Positions 42,410-55,721 of a stretch of 64,000 nucleotides of DNA are shown piece by piece; within the stretch, counting starts at the first letter, position 1; the number at the start of each line of letters is the position of its first letter. The stretch is from Octopus vulgaris (taxonomy: Eukaryota). The DNA is taken from NCBI GenBank assembly GCA_951406725.2, contig OX597822.1, forward strand, positions 50,530,001 to 50,594,000, written 5' to 3'. Position numbers and translations under genes: made by a program. The notes beneath the pieces are model-generated. The model searched no databases and was not told where the DNA came from. It saw nothing but the letters and a program-made list of their open reading frames with translations.

Positions 42410-42958
42410 TAGGGGACGATGCTACTCTTGTTTATAATCCTATAAAGACATCTTCTCCAGTTGTTTAACGACACACCGTCTGTGTCTGATTGGTACTTGC
42501 GAAGGGAAATCTTCGTTCACATCTCTAGCATTATGTGATACACACAAACCCGAGTGTCTGGGTGGTAACCTGTCATCAGTGTGTGATCGTCATTAGAATG
42601 CGATGAAAAATCATCCCAAACGCAAACTACGATATGCCTTTTCCAGTGACAAGCTTTCGCTGATCTGGAAAAAGACGAAACAAGCAATATTATATCTCTG
42701 AGCGGAAAATAAACAGTAGCAACACGGCATCGTGACGAATATTAGCCACATTAATGTGTCGGTCGCATAGGGGACGATGTAACTGTTGTTTATAGCCCCA
42801 GGAAGACATCTCCTCCAGCTGGTTAACGATAAACTATCTGTGTCTGATAAGTATTTGCGATGATTGGTTGCTACCCAGAAATGTGGGTCTGTGTGTATCA
42901 TGTAAGTCTAGAGATGGGAACGATGATTCCATTTCGCAAATGCTAACCAGACACAGAC
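42410..42958 (-). mobile_element. Older copy of the ~355-bp HHR element: partial tandem plus inverted segment
   Basis: GGGGACGATG recurs at 42412 and 42770; TAGCCCCAGGAAGACATCTCCTCCAGCTGG is shared with the 48-kb locus; degenerate HHR at 42541-42585; ~42873-42958 is an inverted copy of ~42478-42563. Confidence 0.85.
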
Positions 42959-43859
42959 TTCAGCAAACACTTCGTATACCAAATTGGTATATATCAATAT
43001 ATGTCTATGACAGGGGGACTTCCTTATTGTTTGGATGTTTATTTGAACACGAACTTCGAGCCTATTGTTTTCTAGTTTTGATTTTGAGAATCAGTCTTCT
43101 GTTGATATAAATTTTTTCCATTAGCGTAATGTACTTGCAATTGTTGTAGGCCATATGCTACCAATATTTGCACTACATTTTCCTTATTGGGTGAACAGCT
43201 ATAACATTTTACTATTACACAGAGATATTACTTAGTTATTCATAGTGCTGATTGTTTATGTATTCCGTTGTTATTACACATCTATTAATAGTTATTTTTC
43301 GTTGCATTCAAGTAAATTGTTTTTTCGTTTAATAACCTTCCAGTTCCTTACTATTGAGCAACATTGCCGGTATTTTTCGTTGGATTTAGTAAGGGTTGTT
43401 TACTATCAGTATCATTATTGTTATCTTCATCACCACTACCACCACCATTATTATCATTCCTTCGTAACACAGTGTAGGTAAAAGTGCACCGGAGTCTTTA
43501 GACATATGTCGAGTCACACAAGCACCTCAGAAGATGATACATTAAAATGTGCGCTGTGCCCAATAAGGCTGCTTTTTGTAAGGTATCAATCTTGCATGGG
43601 ATTTTTAGTTACATTAAAAAGTTTTGAAGTTTCGATGGGATTGAGGCCAACGCTCCGATTACCACTGGTGTCAATTTTACGTTACCCTCTCCCATTCCAT
43701 AGTCTTGCCTTTCCTATTTTCAATTCGAAGTACTTTGTAATTTTTTCAACAATTTACTCGCAACATACATGTTATTTGGTATGGCTACATCAATGATCTG
43801 ACATTATTTGTCACTCTATCATTATTATTATCATCATCATCATCATCATCATCATTAAT

Positions 43860-44141
43860 ATTGTCACTAACTTTGCAAAGCTTCTAACGCTGGAGATGTA
43901 CTACGGTATCAGCTCTTCACTACCAGTAAACTAAGGTAACACCCCTCATTTTTGAGCACCAGAGTATTCTAGCGGTTCCAAGGAGTGCTATTTTCTGTTA
44001 GTGCACCACCCTTATTGCAGTCCCTATTTGTTCCATGTAATTCTCAAGAATTTTACTCACTATTCCTAGGGCTCCGACAATAATTGGTACTACTACCACC
44101 TTTTTCATCGACTACAACTGCTTAACTTCCCAAGCTAAGTG
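43860..44141 (-). pseudogene. R4/Dong-like LINE extreme 3' end
   Basis: LAWEVKQL*SMKKVVVVPIIVGALGIVSKILENYMEQIG..QKIALLGTARIL; flanked by (TCA)n and (TTA)n. Confidence 0.85.
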
Positions 44142-44171
44142 TTATCATTATTATTACTATTTTCATTATTA

Positions 44172-44236
<65 letters not shown>

Positions 44237-44683
44237 GAGTGAGAGAGAAGTTCATGCCATCAAAGTGACACTGGGGTAAAATATACGAAGCCCAATATAC
44301 CCATTATGACTAAGCGTCTGATAAGGGTACACCAGGTACATGCATCACAACCATATGTGCGCGACATGGTGATCTCATATCAAGATAGACTGCACATGAC
44401 CTTGCAGGTGGGGCCCAGTTAGAATTTTCTTCAGGTTAAGTAGCCTATCCCGCTCAAAAGGTCCCTGAATAAGGGTTGTTTAAGTATATTGAAAGAACCA
44501 CCCATGTTTCCAGAGGTGAATTATTCAAACCCCAAAAAATCCCTCTCAACACATGGCTATGATGCTCCCCCACTACTTCTGCTCGTGATCAGAGATGCAC
44601 ATATCGTCAACCACTAAGGGACATGCTCAACTGGTTAAGGTCAAACAACTGACAAGCAAATCTGTGGTATTAAGCAGAATATT
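44237..44683 (-). mobile_element. ~450-bp non-coding interspersed repeat embedded in (TTA)n
   Basis: Bounded by TTA arrays on both sides; partial second copy at 24092. Strand and a link to R4/Dong are inferred. Confidence 0.65.
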
Positions 44684-44744
44684 TATTATTATTTATTATT
44701 ATTATCATTATTATTATTATTATTATTATTGTTATTATTATTAG

Positions 44745-46765
44745 TTTGAATTTTGCTTTGTATTTGTACAAGTTGATTGCAAGTCTCAGCCAGACACCTC
44801 AAGAGGCAACAAGTTTGCTGTTCAAGTTGGCGTGATGACTAGGATGCCATATATTTGGTCTGGCACAAAGTATTGCTCTAGAGAATTTTTAAGAAAACAT
44901 CATAAGATTGTTTTAAAATTTGGGATTACATAGACACAGTATTTTACGTGGGATATGGGCAGATCCCATGGGCAACATTTTGAATATCTACCATTTTTTG
45001 ATTTTCTAGTATCTGAGCTAGGTATCAATCAGTCCCAATTTGCTATCATTCCTAGGGTATGTATGACAACAGGTATTGTTTTAGTCTTGAGATTCCACAT
45101 TTTGCCGATTTCTGTTTCAAGACCTTAATACTTGCTAAGTTTTTGTAAGTCTTGACAGATACATTTATGTCGATTGGGATAGTCATATCGACGATGAGGC
45201 ATGATTTTTAATTGAAGTCCTTCAGTAGAATGTCTCGCCTATTTACATCTAGCTTTTTGTCAGTTTGAACGGTGAAATTCCAGAGGACTGGGATGGGGTC
45301 ATTTTGAAGCACTGGGGTTCTTTTGTGTTCCCACCAGTTTATATCATGAGGCAGGTCCTATTCTTTGCAAACCAGCCAGTAAATATACTGTGTTGTTCTG
45401 TCGTGTCATTTGAGATACTCTGTAGGTGCAAGATGACTGCGCATGGAGACAACATAATTGATGGCTTCCTTTTTTTGTTTACATAGACGACATTTTGGGC
45501 TGCCACCATTCTTTGATATATTGGCCTGGCAGCACGTTGTAGGTAGTCACTGACCTTGGGCTGCTATGATATACCCTTCTGTTTCTAATTTTAAGCCAGA
45601 AGACACTAACCATTGACGGTTAAGTACTTTGTCAACACCGGTTTTGTTAGATCTCTTTGAGTATTTACCATTGAGATGCTTTTTCTTGCCATTTATGAGT
45701 AAGAATACCTAAGGCAGCAGTTTTAGCACGGGTTTTCCTGCGCTTAGCTTTTCTGTGCCGGTTTCCAGTATGTCTAATTCTGGGATTTTTTTCTATTTGG
45801 AAATCATTTCGATGTTCTTTTTCCTGTTTTGTTAGTGAGTATGATGCTTTCTTCTTATCGTGCTTTAATAGAAGTTTTAACATCCAGTCATCAGAGTTTT
45901 CCGGGTATGTGTTAAAGCAAATTCTGGCAATCTCCATTATTAGTTCCAGTTGTAAAAAACCACGGCCACCCTTTTTTTTCTTGGCAGGTAAAGTCGTTCT
46001 AAATCTACCTCAGTGTGGTGCATTCCATGTATTGTCAACCACTTTCGTATTTTTCTTGCATTTCTTGCATTCAGCTCTTACTCTGCAATAACATTTTTTT
46101 CTGATCCGTTCCCGCATTATTGAATCTTTGATTTCATCACCTTAAAATATCCCTGGATATTTGTAGCTCTCCGTTGGTTTCACCTCCTTTATGACATTCT
46201 ACTGGTCAAGATTAACGTTGGATGTTTCTATCATTTTATCTTTGATAAAGGTAGGTTTTGCACAGTTATCGAGACCAAATTGCATCTTGATATGACCACT
46301 GAATTGTTTAAAAATTGTTAGTAAGCCCTGTAGTTGTTTTAAAGCTTTTTCTGCAAAGAGCTTTAAATCATCCATGTAAAAGAGATGACTTATATTTTTA
46401 TCAAGCATTTTATAGCCATATTGTACATCATTTCGAAAGAGGTTTTCAGGCTAGACAAAAGAGCAGTGGTGACAGAGAGTTATCTTGGAAAATGCCACAT
46501 TGAATTCTTACATCTCCAGTATTGAGGGATTCATTGTCACAGTTCAAAGTCGTTGTGGTTTTCCATGGTCTCATGCTTACAGATGAGAAGTTTCGCTGAG
46601 TAGGTGCTGTTTTATGACTTTACAGACATCTGTCAATGCAGCTTTGTGGTAGACTATCAAAAACATTTTTATTGTCTATCCAGACTATCGACAAGTTTCT
46701 GTGTTGTTTGTGACTATTATCCAAGATCATCTGATTGATGAGTAGCTCATCTTTACAACCATCAT
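44745..46765 (-). pseudogene. R4/Dong-like LINE, 3' half (RT plus endonuclease)
   Basis: GCKDELLINQMI, GIFQDNSLSPLLFCLA, ISHLFYMDDLKLFA, MQFGLDNCAK, YKYPG, LPRKK.GGRG, SCLIVDMTIP. Confidence 0.92.
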
Positions 46766-46799
46766 TTTATATTGTATATATATATATATATATATATAC

Positions 46800-47577
<778 letters not shown>

Positions 47578-48138
47578 AATAAATAAATTTTGTGCTTTTT
47601 AAAATTTGAAGTGATATATCTTCAGACCAAAAATGACAGTAAGGAATTTACATGTGAATCAGTTGTGGTACTCAAAAAGATTAAGTAGATGAAAGTATTT
47701 TCAGTTATGTGTGTGTGTATGTGTATGTGAGTTCGCGTGCATTAATATTTAATATAAATATATTACTCATAGTATTATTTAAATATAACATTAATAAATT
47801 GAAGTATATTAAAATAAATGACGAAAATAAATATTAAAAATAAAAATAAAGTTTAAAATTAAAAATGAAAATGAGAAATAAAGATGTTAATGAAATATAA
47901 AAGTAATAAAATAATAATGATAAATCTCAGAGCGAGTTATACACAGTAGCGGTAACACATCGTGACGCATATTTGCCATTTGAATATGGCTAACCCCTAA
48001 GGGTGGATGCTACTGTAGTTTGTAGCCCCAGGAAGATATCTCCTCCAGCTGACTTTTTCAATATCAGTGTCAATCGACACTGGAAAAAGTATATGTATTT
48101 GTGAAGGGAGCTGACTTCTCGTCGACAACCATGATTGT

Positions 48139-48183
48139 CACACGCTAATGATAGGTAAACACCTTGAAACTCGAGTCCGTGTG
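48139..48183 (+). ncRNA. Hammerhead copy with G5A core change, probably inactive
   Basis: CACACG-CTAATGA-tAGGT(aaac)ACCTt-GAAA-CTCGAG-TC-CGTGTG. Confidence 0.8.
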
Positions 48184-48490
48184 TATCATGAGTTGAAGAC
48201 GGGGAGGATGACTTCCCTTCACAAATACTGAGAGGACACATATAGTGTGTCTATAGCCAGCTGGAGGAGATATCTTCCTGGGGCTACAAACTACAGTAGC
48301 ATCCACCCTTAGGGGTTAGCCATATTCAAATGGCAAATATGCGTCACGATGTGTTACCGCTACTGTTTATAACTCGCTCTGAGATTTATCATTAATTGAT
48401 TTCACTTTTTCAATATCAGTGTCAATCGACACTGGAAAAAGTATATGTATTTGTGAAGGGAGCTGACTTCTCGTCGACAACCATGATTGT

Positions 48491-48535
48491 CACACGCTGA
48501 TGATAGGTAAACACCTTGAAACTCGAGTCCGTGTG
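48491..48535 (+). ncRNA. Hammerhead ribozyme, intact core, predicted GUC cleavage after 48529
   Basis: CACACG-CTGATGA-tAGGT(aaac)ACCTt-GAAA-CTCGAG-TC-CGTGTG. Confidence 0.9.
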
Positions 48536-49599
48536 TATCATGAGTTGAAGACGGGGAGGATGACTTCCCTTCACAAATACTGATAGGACACAGATAGTGT
48601 GTCTATAGCCAGGTGGAGGAGATATCTTCCTGGGGCTACAAACTACAGTAGCATCCACCCTTAGGGGTTAGCCATATTCAAATGGCAAATATGCGTCACA
48701 ATAAAATAATAATTATATATCTATAAATATATAAGAACAAATAATAAAAAATTAGGATAACAATAAAAAATACAAATAAAAACTTCATACATATGGATTC
48801 TGTGGTTCATTTGAATTCGTGTGTAAGTAAGTGTCTGCGTATAAAAATAAAAGATGAAAGATAAAGATAAGGGTATGAAAAAACTTAATAAACATGAATG
48901 TCTATTGTCTATTTGTGTTTGTCTGTGATTATATGTGTGAGGGTATATGGATGCTTACTATGTATGCTAATTTATGTGTGTGTCTTCGTGCATGCACTTT
49001 ATTAAAAGATTGTCGAATAAAATCAGTATATCAATATGTGCAGTTATATTTGACGGATGTACATCTTCCATTTTGGTTTATGTATGTGTGTGTGTTTATG
49101 TGTGTGTGTATGTATATTTACTGCCTAAGTTAATTTATGTGTGTGTATGTGTAATATGTATGTTAGTAACAGATTATCTAATCAAAACAGTTTTTAAATA
49201 TGCCTTTGTATATAATTTTCGAAAAAGTTAATCATAAAACCCACTAATTATAATTAAGCATTATATTTATATCTACCGACATATAATAAGTATCGAAAGT
49301 GATAATATATGATAGACACCAAAAAACAATTATGCAATTTATTATAGCATAAAACAGTAAGATAATTTAGTATATTAATATTTACGAGTGTATAATTGTT
49401 TGAAAACAAAAATAAAAATGATAAAGGTAATGTATTATACTTAGTAATACATAAGTATATTTATATTTATATCGATAGTCATATTAATCTAATTATAAAA
49501 ATTAATTATAGCTATCAATTCTTATTTATATATATATATATATATATCTAAGTGTGTGGGAGTAATCACACACACACACATATTCACACAAATATATAT

Positions 49600-49756
<157 letters not shown>

Positions 49757-51101
49757 TAATATATTAAGTGTTATTCGTTATTAAATTAATCGTTATTAAT
49801 TAATCTAGTAAATTAATACAATTAATTTCAGATTGTAATATATCTATTGAGAACACTAATTTTGATGCCACATACGCACATATAAATTATCTTTCAATTT
49901 TATACGCGCACTCACACACGAATTTTAAATGAAACATAAATCCATTCGTATAGTTTTTGTTTTTATTTTTATTTTTTATTATTATTTCTATTAAAAAAAT
50001 TTGTATATTGCTATAATTATTGTTTTACTACTTTTATTTTATTACTTTCATTTCTCATTTTCATCTCTATTTTTAATCGTTATTTATATCTTTAATGTTT
50101 GATATAATCATTCATTTTTATATACTTTAAATCATCATTATTATTATTACAGTTAAATAATTATAAGATTACCATACTTACATAAAATATTAACGTATAC
50201 ACACACTCACATAAATAACTGAAAATGCTTTCATCTACTTAATTTATTGGAGTACCACAACTGATTTACGTGTAAATTCCACAACGTCCATTTTTGCCCT
50301 TGAGATATTGCACTCAAAACATGAAAAAATGCAATATTATCTCATTTTATTACATATATTTTGTAACTTATATTGAGTGTGTATTGAAATAGATGTAGTT
50401 AATGTTAATTAATTAAGAATTAATTTAAAACCATTATATCTCTCCATTTTTTTTACATGATAATACAAATATACACACACTCACGAAAATACGGGAAGAT
50501 AATATAGTTATGATTTTATTCGACATATTTCCCTCTGAGATTCACACACGCCTTCAGTCTTTCTAAGCTGTATAAGAGAATGCGGAAATTTGGTCCTTCG
50601 ACCAGGACTTTCGCGATACTCCTAAAACCAGAAACTTTTCAGCACCACTTCCTACTAACATATATATACCCCCCCCCATATATATATCAACAACCTTGAG
50701 AGACTATCCTTGAGACGTCTTTATTGACATAGCGAAATTTAGTTCCAAGAGTAGATGAAAATACTACTGCCCCAGGGCAACAATGACAACAGCCGCGACA
50801 ATGACGATGAGTCTACTATTGCTACTTATTATTTGAGAACTCCCCAGAAATATTCGACTTCTCTTTGGAAAAGAGATAGATGATGTCCTTAGATGGCACT
50901 TGAACATACACTATAACCTAACGACGTGAATATGCACAATAGCTTCCAATAATTATAAACAAATAAGATACAAAATAAAGGGACGTATATATTACTTATT
51001 TCAAAGCATCAATGGAAATTTCATTCATAGGATAATGCCATATTACAGATCTGTATAAAATACAATATGAAATGGTTCAGAAAGTTACAGTTGTTCTTAA
51101 C

Positions 51102-51170
<69 letters not shown>

Positions 51171-51439
51171 AATTGCGCATGCACGCACGAGATTATGTGT
51201 TAGGCAATGAGAAATGTTTTTAACTGAATCTTTTCTAGGGATTCGAGTTTCACAGCATTGTGTTCTTCAGAGGTGAACCGGAGCAACTCGATTTGGTAGT
51301 GTCCTTATATCGTTAATTAGTGGTCTTGCGATAGTGTTTTTTTATTGTTTGCGTTTGGAATTTTATTGGTATGCAACTCACGCTAACACATTGCACAGTC
51401 CGCACTACCCCAAAAGCATATTCTCCACTCCAATTGCGA

Positions 51440-52205
51440 AACAAGAGAGTGGATGAAACCGACAAACTATCCAAAGTCTGGCTACTCTATGTGAAAGGTC
51501 TCTCCAAAAGATACAAAGAAATGCGGCCCATATCACATCTGGAAGGTATTCAAATATAATACAAGACATCGCAAATATCTCCTTGGAGTAAAACCACCAA
51601 TAGAAGAGAATATGACTGCGAACTGCGTGTACCCCATCCCATGCAGCTGTGGTAGGGTATACAAAGGCGAAACATGCCTCAAAATAAGTGTAGGAGAACA
51701 CGGGGAGGTATTGATAAATCGGGTATAGCTGATCATGTATGGAAAAATGGAGACCACCTCCCCCTCTGCGATAAAGTTAAAATAATAGACAGAGAACACC
51801 AATGAAACTATAAGAAACAGTATATATGCTAGGACACAGCAACCTCCTAAGTAGATCTAGTGCAGATATGAACAGCATACGGGAACCGGTATTAAGGAAC
51901 GATAGGTGAATATTAGTTTTATAAACCCTAAAATTCACTCCATATTTGCCCACGGGCATATGGCGTAGTGGTTAAGGGTGCGGGCTACTAACCCCAATAT
52001 TCCGAGTTCGATTCCAGGCAGTAACCAGAATACTATTAATAATAACACCAACAACAACATCGAAAAATACCATAAGAATGAGGATCCAGGTTTGTTATTT
52101 TCCCCATATATCAACCGAAACGTTGTATTAACAACAAACAAGATGAGGACAAATATTCGTGAATTGTAAATAATGTACATAGTTCCTCATCTCTTAAATA
52201 TAGAA
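51440..52205 (+). mobile_element. PLE 3' part: GIY-YIG endonuclease remnant plus terminal region
   Basis: LYVKGLSK, YLLGVKPPIEENMTANCVYPIPCSCGRVYKGET, KSGIADHVWKNGDHLPLCDKVKIIDREH; residual CCGAAACGTTG at ~52115. Confidence 0.88.
51954..52026 (+). other. tRNA-like module (Pol III A/B boxes), not a functional tRNA
   Basis: 73 nt; A box TGGCGTAGTGG, loop CT-ACT-AA, B box GAGTTCGATTCC; acceptor stem pairs poorly. Confidence 0.75.
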
Positions 52206-52421
52206 GTGTATTTATTATAATCCTTGATGACATTGGTCTAACACATGTTATTGCAAAACGAACAGGGCTTACCTCGCTTGTGGGTGTTATTGGGGGTGCA
52301 GCGTTCAGAAACTCCAACGGAGTCTTTATTAGACGTACTGATCTCTAATATATCTATGATGTCTAAAAGGTATAACGGGCGGAAACGGAAACACTTGTCT
52401 GAAACGAGGATATTTTTCTGA

Positions 52422-52455
<34 letters not shown>

Positions 52456-52631
52456 GATGATGATGATGATGATGATGATGATGACGACGACGACGACGAC
52501 GATGATTGATGATGATGATGATGATGATGATGTTGATGGTGGTGATAGTGGTGGTGGTGGTGATGGTGATGGTGATGATGATGATTATGATGATGATGAT
52601 CCTTGAAGTAAGATCGTACATATATAGTAAT

Positions 52632-52915
52632 AAACTTGCCAACGGGCTGCGTGTTGTGTTCTTGAGCAAGGCACTTTATTTCACGTTGCTCCAGTTCACT
52701 CAGCTGTAGAAATGAGTTACGACGTCACTGGTGCCAAGCTGTATCGACCTTTGTCTTTCCCTTGGATAACACTAGTGGCGTGGAGAGGGGAGGCTGGTAT
52801 GCATGGGCGACTGCTGGTCTTCCATAAACAACCTTGCCCGGACTTGTGTCTAGGAGGGTAACTTTCTAGGTACAATCCCATGGTCATTCATGACCGAAGG
52901 GGGTCTTTACCCTTT
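52632..52915 (+). mobile_element. 5'-truncated SINE, family D (CORE/V-like central domain)
   Basis: TTGTGTTCTTGAGCAAGGCACTTTA..GCTCCAGTTCACTCAGCTGTAGAAATGAGT resembles conserved SINE central domains; single copy here. Confidence 0.65.
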
Positions 52916-52919
52916 AATG

Positions 52920-54200
52920 TCAGAAGAAACATTATGAAAAAGAAATTGCTAACTGAACTAGAGATTGACCAAATTAGCTAATCAGTAAGGGATAAAAGGA
53001 ACGAAGTTAGTGCTGAGAAAATATTGCAGACCAACTCAGGTCTGATGAAAATAAAGTAAGGAAAAGAGTCAATGTAACAGATAAGCTAAGTGAAATACAC
53101 TCTGAACCAGCCAGAATCACAAAGGCAGATGAAAAACAAATATATGAAGGAAGTCACACAGAAATTGAGCCAACTGAACTATATGATCTAAAGAATCAAA
53201 TCATGATTGAATGACTGAAAATTAAAGAAACCAGTATGAATGCACGTGACATTCTTCCAAAAATTCGCAGCTGTAAACAAATCTGAATGTGATTGGTAAA
53301 TTCCGCCTTGCACTCAAGTATACAATTTCAGGTAATGATATTGTAGATCTCAATCACCTGTACTAAGCATCCGCGAAAATCTCAGAGATTCTATGTAGTG
53401 AAAATATTAGAAAACGATACCATTTTCACAAAAAGCCTATTTGGCAAGGGCGTATTCAAAACCAAATTCAGTTACTAGAGCTAACTTCGAATGTTTAAAT
53501 AGCCTTAAGTTTGACAAGAATATGAAACCTACAAAAATCCGAAAATGAAAAAAAAAAGTATATGAAAACCATTCTTGACAACAAAACACCATAGAAAATA
53601 TGAAGCAAAAGGTATTTGCTAAAGCTCCCAGCATAGCACTGTATGAAAAGCGCGTTGGGTTCTTCAAGAACAACAAAGTGTTCAAAAATATCCTCAAAAA
53701 TTTTACAGCAAGGTAGGGAAAATATCAGTTACAGTAAAGCCTGTCCTATCAAAAATATGTGCAGGACGTTTGGAATACATTTTGGGTAGAATGAAATAAA
53801 ATGCACAATACAATATCTACTGGTGTAGAATTCTTCGAACAACAAAAGGGGGAGTGTATCATGGTAGAGGATGTAAAATCTGCTTCCGCGAAATCAAGAA
53901 AATGGAAGTCTTCAAGAAAGGATAAAATCTTAACTTCTGGTTGAATGCTTTTCCAGAAAGTCATGAACTTCTAACAAAACATTATAACAATGTTTTGCAG
54001 CAATCTAGTACGATTCCCTCTTGGCTAGTAGTGGTGTTACATTTCTAATTCCACAAAATGAAGAAAGAAACGAACCAAGAAATTATAGACCTACAACCTG
54101 CTTAACAACAATGTATAAAATACTGTCTTGACTGGATATACGTATAACTGTTTTCATAGAAAGTGGCATCTTCCGTAATGAGCAAAAATGATGTAAGCGA
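52920..54200 (+). pseudogene. R4/Dong-like LINE, 5' half
   Basis: RKWKSSRKDKI, NFWLNAF, EPRNYRPTTCLTTMYKIL, ending at EQK*CKR. Confidence 0.85.
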
Positions 54201-54748
54201 TATTCTCTGTTTCTCCACAACTCATTTCCAAATTAGCTGAATCCGTTGCTCTGCTCAAAGCTATATATAGCTGGTCGGGCATGAACATGGGAGAGAGCAG
54301 ATGTTACCAGAGCAAAAGACCTACGTGTTGACTGTAGACACGCTCCTTCGCAAACGGTCAGCTATTATTTCGTAAACAATGTTTCGAAACTGTTCATGTT
54401 TTCGAAAGGAGAGATCCGACTCTTTTCAAACATAACGTCTACCATTTCGATGTAGTTTGTTCAAACTTGATGCCAGGATTACTTATGACTTATGGGATCT
54501 TTGAATGTGCAAGTTCTCCAAAAATGAGGAAAAAAAAATACAATTGATTAGTGGGAAATTCGATAAACCGATATCTTATGGGATTTCCCAATCAAATTGT
54601 CTACAATATTTCAACCAAAAGTTTAGCAATTTCAACGGATTTCACTCAAATTTGACGTCGATATTACTTAGTTTGCTTTGAAATGAAGAGCTTGATTAAC
54701 TTAATAATTCTAACTTAATCGCGAGCAAATCCGGGCTATACTGCTAGT
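54200..54748 (+). mobile_element. Probable non-autonomous Helitron 3' part
   Basis: Ends CGCGAGCAAATCCGGGCTATACTG-CTAG|T (decayed hairpin plus CTAG); 5' boundary uncertain. Confidence 0.5.
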
Positions 54749-54964
54749 TAAACATATTTTGTAATTTATATTGAGTGTAAATGGAAACAATTGTAGGCAA
54801 TATTAATTAATAAAGAATTAATTTGTATCCAGTATATCTCTCCATTTTCTTATTTAATAATATTAAATACTCCTATAATATATTTGTTGTCTTTTTAGGA
54901 ATATGAGTTTACTAGGAGTGGATTCCCAGCCCATTCACTCCCGCCCCTTTGGATAGGGATTCAG

Positions 54965-55182
54965 GAGTTGCGGTTGTATGGAATAGATGGTAGATTGTTG
55001 AGTGTGATACAAAGTTTTTATAGAGAAAGTAGGACGCGTATTAGGATGGGTAGAGAAGTGAGTGGTTTGATGTAAAAGTGGAGTTAAGACAGCGTTGTGT
55101 GATGTCTCTGTGGCTTTTTACTTTATGTATGGATGGCGTGGTGAGAGAGGTAAATGCTAGAACATTGGGTAGGGGAGCTTAA
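54965..55182 (+). pseudogene. RTE LINE RT fragment (second family)
   Basis: YGIDGRLLSVIQSFYRESRTRIRMG / WFDVKVELRQRCVMSLWLFTLCMDGVVREV (decayed GVRQGCVMSP). Confidence 0.85.
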
Positions 55183-55593
55183 ATGTTGTAGTGAGAGAGA
55201 CAAAAGAGTTTATAAATGATAGGAATGATTAGAGAGTGTTTGTGGACTGTTGAATGAGTTTGATGTTGATCAAAGTGATACCGCACCATAATGATGCGGC
55301 GGGGGTTCCCCAGCATATGCTGTCGGGCCCCGCTGCTGATACTGGTGGCTGCGTTCTATGCCTCGACCCAGGCGTAGAACGGAGCTTACCTCGTTAAGCT
55401 AGGAAGTGAATAGAACGCCTGGTGTGTGTCTTCTTGTGGCTACCCCCTCCCAAAACGTGGGTAAATGTCCTGGGTATATAAAAAATAAAATATAATATAT
55501 TTATTTAAGAACTGTATACTATAAAGTATACTATATTAAACCAGTGTATCTTGGATAAAGCTATCCCTATATGCGGTTTATATATATTCACAT

Positions 55594-55651
<58 letters not shown>

Positions 55652-55721
55652 GTGTATCCATATATATTGCATGTATATATATATACACATCATTATATAT
55701 ACATATATATATATATATAGA

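Larger units (their letters stand above)
47916..48699 (+). mobile_element. Non-coding HHR element: inverted 3' segment plus ~1.85 tandem 352-bp monomers
   Basis: 47916-48051 is the reverse complement of 48258-48393; 48052-48347 repeats at a 352-bp offset with about 4 substitutions. Confidence 0.92.

Noticed and set aside
51954-52026. Functional tRNA gene
   Set aside because: Acceptor and T stems pair poorly, the ACT anticodon is atypical and no T-run terminator follows.
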